Below, piece after piece: positions 35,652 through 47,649 of a DNA stretch of 64,000 bases. How positions within the stretch are numbered: position 1 is the stretch's first letter; each line of letters begins with the position of its first letter. The translations under genes and the position numbers were made by a program. The notes beneath the pieces are model-generated. The model was not told the origin of the DNA. It worked only from the letters and a program-made list of their open reading frames with translations, and made no database searches. Source of the DNA: Marsupella aquatica (lineage: Eukaryota; Plantae; Marchantiophyta); assembly GCA_973895155.1 (NCBI GenBank), contig OZ316892.1, positions 293,746-357,745 of the forward strand, written 5' to 3'.

Positions 35652-36445
35652 GAGGTGTTTACAAAAGGCAGGAAAACAGGAAACAGGCATTCATAACAGA
35701 AACTGGTAACAAGGAAAAAGACTGGTAACAGGAAAATTCTAGTCTCAAACTTTTGAAAAAAAATTCTGGTAGCACCCGGCGCTGGTAAAAATAGCGCCGA
35801 CGGCGAGGTTTTTTTAAAAGACACCAAAAAAACAAACAGGAGTAAATATAAGAAACTCGTACCGGTAGGAACTCTCCACGGTTATTGCTAGCGCCGGGCG
35901 CTGTGAAGAGTCTATAATTTGTACCAATTGCACTCTCGGAGGATATTTAATGAAGGGGGTTATGAAATGTTTGATCTCGGAATGCTATTTAAGTCAATTA
36001 TAATTAACCAAAACCTTTCAGTAGCGCCTGGCGCTACTACAGTAATCCCAGTTGACAACCATCGTCTATTCTAGCCTCCTCCCGATCAGGGTCTTTCCAG
36101 AAGACATCTAGCTGCAAAGATCCATGACTATTCCCGCCAGTTCACCTAATACCATAAAATCAGACGGAAAACAAAACATTCATGCAACACAGCCCGGAAA
36201 GAATCGATCCACACCCAAGAACCCTTAGAAAATTGGGAAGCGCCCGACGCTAACCAATATTGCACCTGAGAACATGTCTTCACAACTCAAACTTCAAGAA
36301 TCTGAAATAAAATATAATAGTGACAGTATGTTTGAGGAGCGCCTGGCGCTAGTAAAAGTTGAAAGGGCTTAAAATCAGCCAATTCATCGAAATGGTTACA
36401 TATTGAAACATTAAATGATGTATTTGAAGAAAACCCCATTGCTAC

Positions 36446-39400
36446 CTATAAACTACCAGATGTTTTTGATGCGGAGCTTTCAGATTTGTCTGTGGACTCG
36501 GCTTTGTCATCAATGTACTTGCTTCGGGAAACATCATCTATATAAGGGTTGCTCATGAACTTCCTGTCTGCTCCCCTCTGAAGACATAGATCTTTTGTTT
36601 CCCAACAAAAAGTTCTAATTTTGTCAACCCTCCTAGCGGCATTTTCAGCGTATGAGGGAAAAACAAACGGCTTCTCAAGATTGACAATTATATTCCTAGC
36701 TAGTCTCCTCCGGAGTTGGAAATGCTTCCTCAGATTCCATTCTGACCTGATCCAGTAAAACGGAAAAACATATGAGTTTAGGAGATAAGAGAGCAAGAAC
36801 CCAGAATTGTCAACAACACTTGAAAGGATAAAGAAGCTTACTGGAAGAACATTACTCGTCTGATTCTTCGCTCTTCTCCGAAGAATCTTCCTCCTGTGTT
36901 TTCTCTGTGTCATCTCCGACGTCTCCAGAGGTACCTTCCTCTTCGTCATAATCAAAATTGAGAACAGATCGGAGCCTATCTTTCTTTTTGCAACCACTTA
37001 AATTGGTCGGAACATGCCTGGGATCAAGAAGTTCTAAGAAAACCCTTGATGCGGTCTCAACAAACTCACGCCTATTTTCCAACCCAATCACAAAATGACC
37101 AGAAAAATCACCAGCAATGAATGTGCTTCCTGAACCTACAGTCCAGTCAAGGACAATATCTCCAGGAAGAGTAAAAAGCTCTATCACTGACTGCATAAAA
37201 CCAACCAAAAGAGAGGCGTTCCCAACAAAATCCAACTCCGGGCAATGATCTGTCTTCAAGGTTTGGAGCCCAATCAAGTTAGAGATCGAAGGATCTTCAC
37301 TTATTGATAGAGGCTTAAACCTTCGATCCTTTGGTACCTTTCCTTTTGAAGAAGTTCGACAAAATATGTCTAGCCTAAGGGTAAATACCTGCACGCATCA
37401 CACACGTTTGGCTCAAATTATCAACCGATGGGTAATGTTCGAGAACTACAGCAAAGACTAAATTAGCACCAGGCGCTGTCATGAGGTTTCCATCCTAAAG
37501 GAGGAATCCTCATATTTTGTGAAGGAAGTTGAAACCTATTTTGCTTCTAACTTGGGCAAGTTGACTTGACTTGAGCTAACTTGACCAAGGTGAAGGAGGA
37601 AGTAGAGTTATGAGGGTCAAGGTAGGGATGAGGTCAAGCCTACCCACCCTTGTTACTATTGTGGGGTATGTTTTTCATTTGTGACCAGCGATTAAGTTAT
37701 CATTTGGCGGATTGGCGGAATGGAGGTTGCTTGCTCAACAAGCAAGGTATTTAGGGTTTTGGCAACATGGTGACCAGGTTCATTGAATACATGGAGGAGG
37801 TGACCAGGTTCAAGGCATGTAAGAGGGTTTGGTCCAAGTGCATCAGTTTTGTGAGATTTGGACCAGATTCAGATTTTTGTGTTAAATGGACCAGATTCAA
37901 TGTATCTACTTCAACGGTGGATCTTGGTTTTGGTTAATGGATGGTTTGGATTGAAGGTGGAGATGTGAGTTAGGGCTTGGTGGAGGTCGTGGCTTTTTCA
38001 AAAATGTCGAAGCTCATTTGGTTTACAAGTTACTAAGGAGGGGTTTTTTGGCTCATTTTTGGCCGTTTGATCTAATTGGTGTGAGATTGAGGGCTGTGAT
38101 TCAACGAGGATTAAAACCATAAGTGGAGGGGCTTGTGGGTGCTCTGGGCCTTCCCACGTGGGTACTAAAGGAGGAAGTTCGAGTGGCCAAGAGTTCGGAG
38201 GTTAGATGCTGCTGAAGTGCTGCCGTTTTGCCATTTTGGAGTGTTAAGTCCCATTTTTAGTTGTAGGAGCGAACCTCTTGAGGGGAGCTCGAGCATGAGG
38301 CATGAGTGAAGGGGGAGCCCTCCTCCTTGGCCATGGCCTTAGGATTTTGAGGGTAGGAGATGTAGAGGCAATTTTGTGAAGAGATAGATGGAGTAGAAGC
38401 TTTGAATGTGAAGAGATTGAGTTTTGTGACGGTTTTTCTAGGGATTTGGAGAGAGGTTTCGAATGTAGGAGAGGCTGACTCGAAGCCTTAGGAAGGAGGT
38501 AGGATGTGAGTAGGAAGTATAAGGGGCTTGCATGAGAGATTGCCCACAAGAAGGCATACTCGAAGTAGGTTTGTTGCTTCAAGTTTTGAGGAGAATGGAC
38601 TTGTAGGAGATTTTCGAAAGCTTAGAGGAGATGAGACCTAATCTTGTTGAAGCTTGGGAGTCTTGCATTAGAGATGGCTCACTAAGAAGGCCTACTCTCT
38701 TGTAAACTCCTTGACTTGAAGCTTCGAAAGTAGATTTGGTTGATAGAAGGAAGTATGAGAGAAGGAGACTAGGGTTTTGAAGCTTGGATAGGCTATGGAG
38801 GGATTTTGAATGCTTGGTTGATGATTAGACTTGGTGATGATTCATTTTTTCTAGGAGGGTCTTGCTTGTGACCCATGTTTTTACTTGGAGACCATGATGC
38901 TACATGTGCCTTCTTGCTATGCATTTAGAGGAGAGGTATCCTCGTTTTTGAGATGTGTGTTGATGCCTTGCTTTGGCTATGAGTGATGGAATGGTTAGAA
39001 TGAATGTCTTCATGCCATTTTCGAATGTTGTTGTGAGCTTGAAGGTGTTTTTGAAAGTAGATGGGTTGGATGAAGGTACTTTCAAAAGTAGTTATTATGC
39101 ATGAGGGAAGTTGCAAGAGTAAAGAGTGAAGGCATTTTTGATTGATGGAATGGGTTGTTTGTGGATTGTACTTGGTGGTTCTACTAGAGGAAGGGACTAA
39201 GGTCAATTCCATGTTTGTTAAGGAGTTTGTTGACCAACCCTAGGTCATTTTTCGAAAGTAGTTTTCCATGTTTCAACAGTTGGATGTTTGAATGGTGCAT
39301 AGAGATCCCTTGCATACCTTTGGATGTCCCACTTGTCTTAGCCACAACCAAGAGTGACCCGTAACTTGACCACATTGATGTAAGCTTGAACTTGTGTACC

Positions 39401-42400
39401 TTAGAGGGTTGCAAGGGATTGTGTGCAATCAAGTGTTGGAAAAGGAATGGTGACCAATTGAATGTTGGGCTTAGACTTGTGAGGATTACATTGGGAAGCT
39501 TGAACTAGTTATTTTGATTGTGATTGGATATGAGTATGTAAATGGCTTGAGTTTCGAAAGCATGCTTGCTTGCTTGTGATGATGTGGATGAAAGGTTAGG
39601 GTAGATACTTTGTCTTGTTTGCAACCGTTTCCTATCTCAAGCAGCCATACACCCTGCGTGTCCCTTGAGGCCCTTTCCCACCTCTTTGCTTATCCTCAGG
39701 ACAGCGCTAACAATAAACAAGAGATGCAACGATCTGTACCTGAATATTGGTGTTTGCTCTGTACATGGGCATAGACATGATGACATTGTGAGAATTGACA
39801 CAATGGAACTTTTTTGACTGCTGGCATGCTGAAATGACCTGCGAGACCTGGTCATGGTCATCTGAATACAAGATTGCAAGCATGCCATCATCAGAAAGGA
39901 AAGGGTCCATCGCTTTGAAGAAAGAACTGGGAACTGTGTGGTCTGGTACATTCCACTTTGGAACCCGATGGTCCATGAGCGTAGGTTTAAGTCCAGTAGG
40001 AAGATAGATGAATCCTGCATTGACACCAAACGATCTTTCTTTTCCTCCTCTGATTACTCCCTTTACTCGGGAACCCGACTTGATTAAGTCCCGTCCCCAT
40101 TTCTCTGCATCAGTCATCCAATCTGGTTTCGCTGCTTTGTTGAAAGCAGTATCAATAAATTCTTGGATACTTGTTTCCACCATGCAATGCCTAGAAGATT
40201 TGCTCTTGAAGGTTCCCACATCTCTCTGAACACCAGTTCCAGCGGCATCATCTGGGGAAAATTCTCCAGCTTGAATTGCCCTTTTCTTCTTCTTCTCTGT
40301 ATTGGTTGCATCAAGAGGGACGATCTCTTTCGCTTTGTCAATTGGAGTTACTGGGTCTGACTGGGCACCGGTATTGGCTTCGGAAGGCTCCAGAGTGGCA
40401 TCTACTTTTGTTTCATTGGTTGCAGCATCAGACTTTCTCCCACCTAAAGGAAAAAGAGTAGAATTTATTCAATGCTAAATAATAGCACCAGTCGCTGTCC
40501 AAACCAATTGAAAAAACAAACCAATAGACATAGTCATATAGCAGCGCTTGGCGCTAACCAAAATGTGAAGCTACAAGCTGAATGACAACTTAAGTTTTTT
40601 GGCGGACCGCGTTGAGGTACTCGGTGCCGCAACTTTGGTTTTTGCTTTGGCTCTGGGTTTGCGACTTCGATCAACATGAACAACCGTAGTTTTGCACACC
40701 GATTGCAATTCTGCCGCCGACTTGCTCACATCACCTTTGATTCCCTGCTTCATGTTGGACACAAACTTGGGAGGGACTTGAGACTTTGAAAGCTTATGAA
40801 ATGCGTCTTTCTCAATGTCTCTGAATGGAGAGTCCCATCTATCGGTGTCCAAATACCAAGGACAATGAATTCTCTCCCATTCTGACAGTTTCCTTGGTGG
40901 AAGACACCCTTCAGCGGGATACATTGAATACACATCGGCCAGTATGTCTCCTTCGGGAACAACGATCCACTTTTGGAAAGCAGCAGGGTATGCCCAAAAG
41001 TAATTTGGCTTCACAATCTCCATATGCATGAAGAAACGGTACAGGTATCATTTGGCCCTCTTCTGATTCTTGAGGGTGTAGTCAGCCTTGTCGGGATACT
41101 TGGAAGGCCACATTGTATTAAAAAACTTGCCTTTCACAGCGTCCCCAAATTTCTTGAAGTCATTTGAGACTATTTCAATAAGCGATTCAATCGACTCACA
41201 CTCCCACTCCTGCAACCGATTGGCGTGGACCAATAGCGATTCCCTCCACAGTGTTCCAAGTTTTCTAGGTATGGCACCGTTGCTTCACTGGATCGTCATT
41301 AACGCTCTGTGGATGGAAGAATTGTTTCCTCAGCTCCGGTGTACAATGGGCAACCAGAAGGGTACTCCTCAGCTTGGGGTCGAGGGCAAAGACAGCGGTA
41401 ACCAATCTTGCTCGATCCATTGTACAGACAATTGCATCCGGATTCTTCTCTCTCTTATTCTTCTCTGTGAGGGGGTACATCTCAGCACATGTCCGCATGA
41501 AATCCTCAAAAGTGGGGCTTAACAGAGGAGTGATTTTTGACACCTTTATCGCCCAATCCTTTGTTGCCTCCATCATCGCTGCATGTCTTTTTGAAATCTC
41601 TGCGGGAGACCAAGGTGTACCCTGAGCGGCAGCATGTTCCAGATCCATCTTAAACTGTCTAGAATTAGACTTGATCTTATTCTCACACAAGATGTACAGA
41701 AGCGCTTCTTGAGGCATTTTTTTCGTATACCACGATCCCTTCCGTGTTTTCTGCATGATCTACCCAAACTTCTTGAAGTTTGCAGCGTCAATGATAGACT
41801 TGTAGTAATTCAGTTCATTCGAGAGAATTTGGTTGATACGGTCTGCATCAAGTATCCAAGAGAGTTCGACCACTACCTGCCCAAGCCTGAAAACGAGAGA
41901 GGGAGTCAGTAGCGCCCGACGCTAGTGAAACACTATGATCATAGATTAGAATAGAAATATATTGGAAGAGACACTTATTGGTTAACAGTGTGCATTGCCG
42001 CCTCAATCTCGATCAAGGACCCCTTTTCTCCCTTGAATATTGTGCACTGGACACGAGGATGGTATTTCATATCATCTGGATTCTCCTTTGTGACGATGGA
42101 CCATGCGTAGAGTTGATGGTTTCCATCAAACACAAAAAACATCTTATCCTACAGGACGCAGAAGTCAGGGTTGGCAGCGCATTCCGCCTCAAACTTTTCG
42201 TTCTCTGCGACCCAAATTGCATCCAGGAAGCACGAATCTCTGGCGTGCAGATCTGGACTTCTCCATTGGAATCTGTTGGTTGGACGTAAAACAGCATGCC
42301 GATCTTAGGATTGTATCTTGTGCTCTGAAAGGAGTCTTTCAGCTTCTCTATCGAAGGGCTTCCCTTCTGTAATGTCCGTACTACTTCCATATGAAGTAGT

Positions 42401-42729
42401 CGGCACATTGGAATCCTTGGCGGATCCTTGTCATGTCCTCGGAAATCTTTTCCAAATGACATAATGTGTTTGGAGATCACATCGTAAACAGTCAGCAACG
42501 TCTCTCCAAAGACCTCCATAGCAAACGAATTAGAATCATCCATCTTCCCTCTCTTGCTATTCGGGAACAATACAACGGGTTGTGCTTCAGGGGCTCGCGA
42601 AGCAGTGGATCGAGTCACTCGACGACTATACACAGATCCTGAAAATGAGCACTCAGATGTTTGCGAGGGGACGACCTCTCTGTGTCCGTTTCCACTAAAG
42701 CATTGAGAGGAGGATAAGGCAGGGTCCAT
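36446..42729 (-). pseudogene. Five-exon gene: ParB/Srx-like N-terminal domain + central domain + beta-class N4/N6 DNA methyltransferase-like domain
   Basis: Exons approx. 42729-41978, 41886-40595, 40443-39740, 37388-36856, 36746-36446. Motifs: MFFVFDGNHQLYAW (ParB DGNHR); AGFIYLPTG..WN..FFKAMDPFLSDDGMLAILYS (motif IV-VI region, DPPY replaced); IELFTLPGDIVLDWTVGSGSTFIAGDFSGHFVIGLENRREFVETA (motif X-I-II). Contains stops and frameshifts. Confidence 0.75.
37477..39703. mobile_element. Solo LTR (2227 bp) of a third family, 4-bp TSD GCGC
   Basis: Termini TGTCATGAGG...CCTCAGGACA (9/10 inverted match). Removing it restores the palindrome TAGCACCAGGCGCTA in an intron. No credible ORF. Confidence 0.82.
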
Positions 42730-43354
42730 TGCTCGCACAAGGGCGAAGGAAGCACTGACGACCACCGCGCTCTTTCCGTACTGCAAATGGAAAAAACCCG
42801 TCACACAGCTTCGATCGTACTGTACTTAACATGGGAAATAAGAAGAATCTAGAGCACAGAGCATGACATATACGCTAAGGAAACTGAACTCCTGGCCTGG
42901 ATCTATGACACATGTCGTTATCTTATTTGACAACACATAAGGGGATCAATGTATTGAGGGTCATGCAACCTATAGTTACCGTTGAATATGACCGTTGAAA
43001 GGAAAACCTGACGTTAGATGGACCCCAACCTTTTGGATTGTTATGAATAGCGCCAGGCGCTAAACATAAATTGACTCTGCATGGACCTCTACTTTTGCAA
43101 TGTTTTTAATAGCGCTTGGCGCTATTCATCATCTGATATTTCTAGAACAAAAGGGTTCTTCCTAAATAACGTTTTTTGTTAATGTCGTTGATTGTAAATG
43201 ACGTTGATATAATGACAAAATACATATATGGTGTTAGAGGATTGTCTTATTATAACGGCTTTAGGGAACTGTTAGTCAGGATCGATAACAGTCCTCGTCG
43301 GTGGAATTTTGATTCATAATTTTCCTACACTCATTCGCTTCCAAGGCTTCTGTG

Positions 43355-46300
43355 ATGTCTCAGTCAATCGTAGTTACCCGTATGTCCACCGGTGACATTG
43401 TTTCCATTCCAGTGTCTGTGGCCGAAAGGTACAGGCAAATAAGTGAGGTTTATCTTTGTGGAAGGTTTGATTTGCGCATGAATGACATAAAGGCAATCGT
43501 TCAGGAGGGAACGGAAGCCAATGACTTTGAATCTATCGCACTTTTTGATGTCGATGACGGGGTGAGATTTTGGCACCTTAATGTTGGGTTGCGCTACTCC
43601 ATTGTTGTTCGGGAACCAAATCAAGGAGATTGGCAATCCCCTCAGAGGGATCCGGTGGATGTAGTTGCTCTTTCTGATAGTGATGATGAGGAGCCACCAA
43701 GGATCCCCTTCGTGGAGCCTTCGGCGCCTGAAGTGGTCTTGGTCAAAGAGGAGATGCCATCGTCGCAATCCCATATTGTATACCGGAGAAGTGCAATGGA
43801 CGCGCTGCTCAAGTCAACTAGGTCCAACAAACTTTCAAGGTTCATTTCGGCTGGAAACTTCCGGCATGAACAAGTACCTTGTTTGCCACCGAAGTACAAT
43901 GGAAATGTAGTGTTTGAGTTGCCTCCATTGTCGGGAATTCTTTCAAAAGGATCCCGTCTACAGGACATGGACCGAACCAAGGATTGCTACATCTGGACTA
44001 GAATATTTCCTACCACTACAAACGTGCAGCCCAAGAAATACTGGGAATTCGGTAAAGTCACTTGTACTGGATTTATTGAGTGCAGGAATAAAACTTGTGA
44101 CTACTTCCGCCGAAGAAGAGGAGGAATGCAAAGGCATGGGCTGGTACCCCAAAACTTGGAGGCTCTCACCGTGTTGGATCGTTCATTGAGCAGGGTGGAG
44201 TTGTTTGTCATTATTGCCAGCAGCTCCCTTTTTGTGTAGAGGCATGCTCTGCAAGACTGTTTTATATGTATCCTCAAGTTCTGCTTGACTCAAATACCTG
44301 TAGTCACATGTCTTGCCTTGCGATTCATACGGGCACCCACAACCATCCTTGTCGTAAGGTATTTTCCCGGAGTGCGGAAAAGGTAGTTGAAGATGTCATA
44401 AAAAAGAAATTGGAAGGCAATCCAACTTGGACGCCTGCCAGGATTAAAAATGTAGCGACAGGATCTTTTGTATAGTCTTTGTGTGAGAGCCTAGGTGAGA
44501 TTGAAGATATCGAAGAGACAGAGATTTTCCAGTCTCTAATGGTAGTTTCTACTCCACAGAAGTTTGCATCTCTTTTCAGGAGTGTTAGGCAGGACCAGAA
44601 AGGCCGTGGAGAGTTGGATTTTCTTGTTCGGTATCAAAAGAATATCAACATGCCTTTTCTACACAGGTACATCCTTCCAGGTCAAGGATCTCAAGAAGAC
44701 AGACCTCACATATTTAAGATGACTTCCAAAGGCCATGGGTCTGGGGTGGATCTTTTGTGGCAAATGCAACCTGGAGGGATGCTTGAAGGTGCCTGGGTAA
44801 GCTTCGATGTCATGAAATGAATGACCAAGGATTGGGTGACTTTTAGCGCACACGTTTACGATCACAATTACCGCGCATTGTGTACAATATTTACTTGCGA
44901 GCTAAAAGCTGAGGACACGGCGTCATTCGAGAAGGCTTGGAGATTAATGATTGAGGTTTCCAAAGAGAATGGGTTAGATAATCCAACCATTCATGGCTTC
45001 ATGGCAGACAATGCCCAAGCCGGATGGTTAGCAGTCCGAAATGTTTTTTTTGGAGGGCACCCAAACCCTGAACAAGAGAGGACGGACGCTTTTCATTTTT
45101 ACCAAGCTTTTCATCGCCATTCTGTTGAAGGAGTGTTGGAAGAGAAGCAGGCGAAACATCGAATGCTATGGGATAAATTACGGAATGCACCGACATTTGT
45201 AGAGGCTTACCGACTTTCAAGAGAGATTGACCTATGGTGGTAGTCGGGTAATTGCTTACTTGGAAAGAAGTGTTTACAAAAGATAGCAAACAGGAAACAG
45301 GATTTAATAACAAAAACTGGTAACAAGAAAAAAAACTAGTAACAGGAAAATGGATGGAATTTTTTTTTGTTTTTTTTTTTTTTGAGAAAAAAAAAGTTTT
45401 TTTTTTGGTCAACCAGTTTTTTTTGCTACAGCCCAAAGCTAGCCAAAAATGTTGCATTGTTAATTTTTTTTGGAAATAACATGTTTTATGAGACATTTTT
45501 AAATTGTCATTTTTCCTGGTAACAGTGATTTTTTCTTGGTAACAGCATTTTAAAAACAGGAAAAAAAAATCTTGTTTACCTGTTTCTTGTCTCCGTCGCT
45601 ATACCCCCTGGAAAGCTCCGAATGCTTCAAAGTTGGATATCGTGGTGGGTCGTGCGTTGGAGGCAGTGGGGAAATTTTATTCGCTTGGTGAGTAATAGCG
45701 CTTGGCGCTAGTAATATGCAAGTCAGATTGCTTTGTAGAAGTACATTTTTCAGATGACATTCCTCAACATTCCATCCAAAGAATCCAAATAATGTAATTG
45801 ATTCTCAAATATTGACCTGTTTATTTTCATAAACATGTGATTACACAATAATATTGATGGTTTTGTCTAAATGTTCTGCCTAGCGCCTGGCGCTAGTATG
45901 TTTTGCGGATTCTTACCAGTGTTTATGCTTTGTCGTTCTAGGACAAAAGTGCTGAAGAAGGCGCTAGGATTCCTAACTATACCGGGTCAGAGTCTGTTCA
46001 TGCGGGAATGAAAGCATGGGTAATGAAAAAAAAAGTTGGGCTCTTTGAGGCATGTGAAATGGATCAGAATCGAGCTATATCGCAGGTTGCAGCATATACC
46101 ACATATCGGAAAGGATTGAGTAGAGGAAGAGGTCCTACAATATGGGAACTGGCTTTCCGTTCAGCTGACCAGGCAGGTTCCCCAGAGCTGTTCGAGGATG
46201 CGATGAACATGCTCCTCTCCAATGCAGCTGAGTTTGACTTGGAGAGAAGCGTTCCTCTCAACGGAGATGTTACAAAGTCTGTCAAGAGGAAAGGACCTGC

Positions 46301-47465
46301 AACTGGGATTGTCTCGCCACAAGACTCCCACCGACATGATAAAGTCCTTATCACATCGCCGAATACCAGATCAATCAAGCGTAAAAATCTGCACCACACA
46401 ATGTTTGCTTCCATATCGGAAGAAAAACCTGATGACATTTCCGTTGTCAATCTCTCAGGAAGTGATGATTCGAGGGATGTAGATCGTGATGATTTCAGTA
46501 CACCGCAGAGTCGACATCAATCACGTTCAACACAATACCCACAAAGCGCCCCCGCTGTACTTCAGCAGACATTGCTCCAATCTCCAGTTCTTGAAACAGA
46601 ATTCATGCAGGGTTCATGGCATCTGTGTCAGACATCAAGATTTGGGGCCGGTCCACAGTGCAACACGTCATTTGGCGGTAGTTCCGAGAGAGACGAGGGT
46701 CGAAATAGAGTGAAGAAAGTTGGGTTCCCCTCATCAAACAATGTCATTGGAATTGTTGTCAAAGGACAATGCATGTTCAGGGGGGAACCCATAGCCAAAA
46801 TGATATGGTTCTGCCCAAACAACACATGCTATCGGGGCCGTCCCCGCCGTGGTGTAGTGAACCTGCCCTCCGTTCCTGATGTTCTTCCTGTTATAAAAGG
46901 AACAAATGTTTCGGAAGCTGAGATGAAGTATCTTGTTGACCAGGGAATACCTATAGCCCGAGGAAGAGACGGTCCTCTACCTCCACCATCACTTTTCGAG
47001 CTTTGAATCAATGTAAACTTATTTCCAGAGAGAGTGAATCTTTTGGAACCCACTGTTCGTCTCCAAAGTCGGAATGGAAAGAACACGGTTCCTCGATCGA
47101 CCTTGACCCATGGTCACATGAAGAGGATTGAATCTGCAAGAAAAGAGACCATGTCCGTCTAGGGACAATGGGATGTTTCTATTGGGAACTCATGGGGGAA
47201 GCAATTCAAAGTACAAACACATGAGAATCTAAGGACGCCGAATAGTTACTTTGTGCAGATTTGTATTTTCCCGACTTGTTCTTGTGAGGATTTCTATCGT
47301 CGACATTCTCGCAGACATCCATATATGCCTTGCAAACATTTGTACTGGGTTTTCCATACCGTTTTCAAACTAGACGTTGAGGAATCTACTTTGACCAGCC
47401 AACCAATTCTCACAGTTGGAGAAGTCCGACTGATCTTGGAGAGGGAGAATGCTCATGGTTTATAG
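43355..47465 (+). pseudogene. Mutator-like (MULE) DDE transposase with N-terminal Cys/His (GCM/WRKY-like) domain and C-terminal SWIM zinc finger
   Basis: CTGFIECRNKTC..HTGTHNHP; WVSFD, FMADNAQA, DAFH, PNYTGSESVH; CSCEDF..PCKHLYWVF; intron 45688-45941; several stops and a frameshift near 44120. Confidence 0.85.
45267..45606 (+). mobile_element. 340-bp non-autonomous derivative (MITE-like) of the same MULE family, inserted in the transposase
   Basis: Ends GAAGTGTTTACAAAAG.. and ..GTCTCCGTCGCTATACCC match the two MULE termini; 8-bp TSD CTTGGAAA / CCTGGAAA. Confidence 0.82.
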
Positions 47466-47631
47466 AGAAGTATATATTTGTCCTATACTTGAAACGGTTA
47501 TATTAGTTTTTGTCGTATTACAACGATATAGTTTTATGTTAGCGCCTGGCGCTAGGATGGAAGTCTTCCTTATTATCATTTACTTCATTGTAATCCTATC
47601 ACTACAAATGATATTTTAAATTTGTGTTTCC

Positions 47632-47649
47632 TGTTAGAATATATTTAAC
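47632..47649 (+). mobile_element. First 18 bp of the Copia LTR whose remainder is at 6582-6760 (-)
   Basis: TGTTAGAATATATTTAAC; the last 5 bp, TTAAC, are the reverse complement of 6756-6760. Confidence 0.75.

Larger units (their letters stand above)
35652..47631 (+). mobile_element. Mutator-like DNA transposon copy 1 (main body; right end at 5417-5924), ~9.9 kb after removing later insertions
   Basis: Left end GAGGTGTTTACAAAAGGCAGGAAAACAGGAAACAGG; 8-bp TSD GAAGCAAC shared with the 5417 end; contains the divergent transposase and ParB/MTase-like genes; palindromes in its non-coding parts. Confidence 0.82.

Noticed and set aside
36446-36997. A third standalone MULE gene (also 2411..2926)
   Set aside because: Conserved GTAATG donor and CAG acceptor in both copies join it in frame as the last exon of the ParB/MTase-like gene.
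33752-47554. Palindromes as a CRISPR array or bacterial REP/terminator elements
   Set aside because: Irregular spacing, location in spliceosomal introns, no cas genes, and a eukaryotic transposon context.
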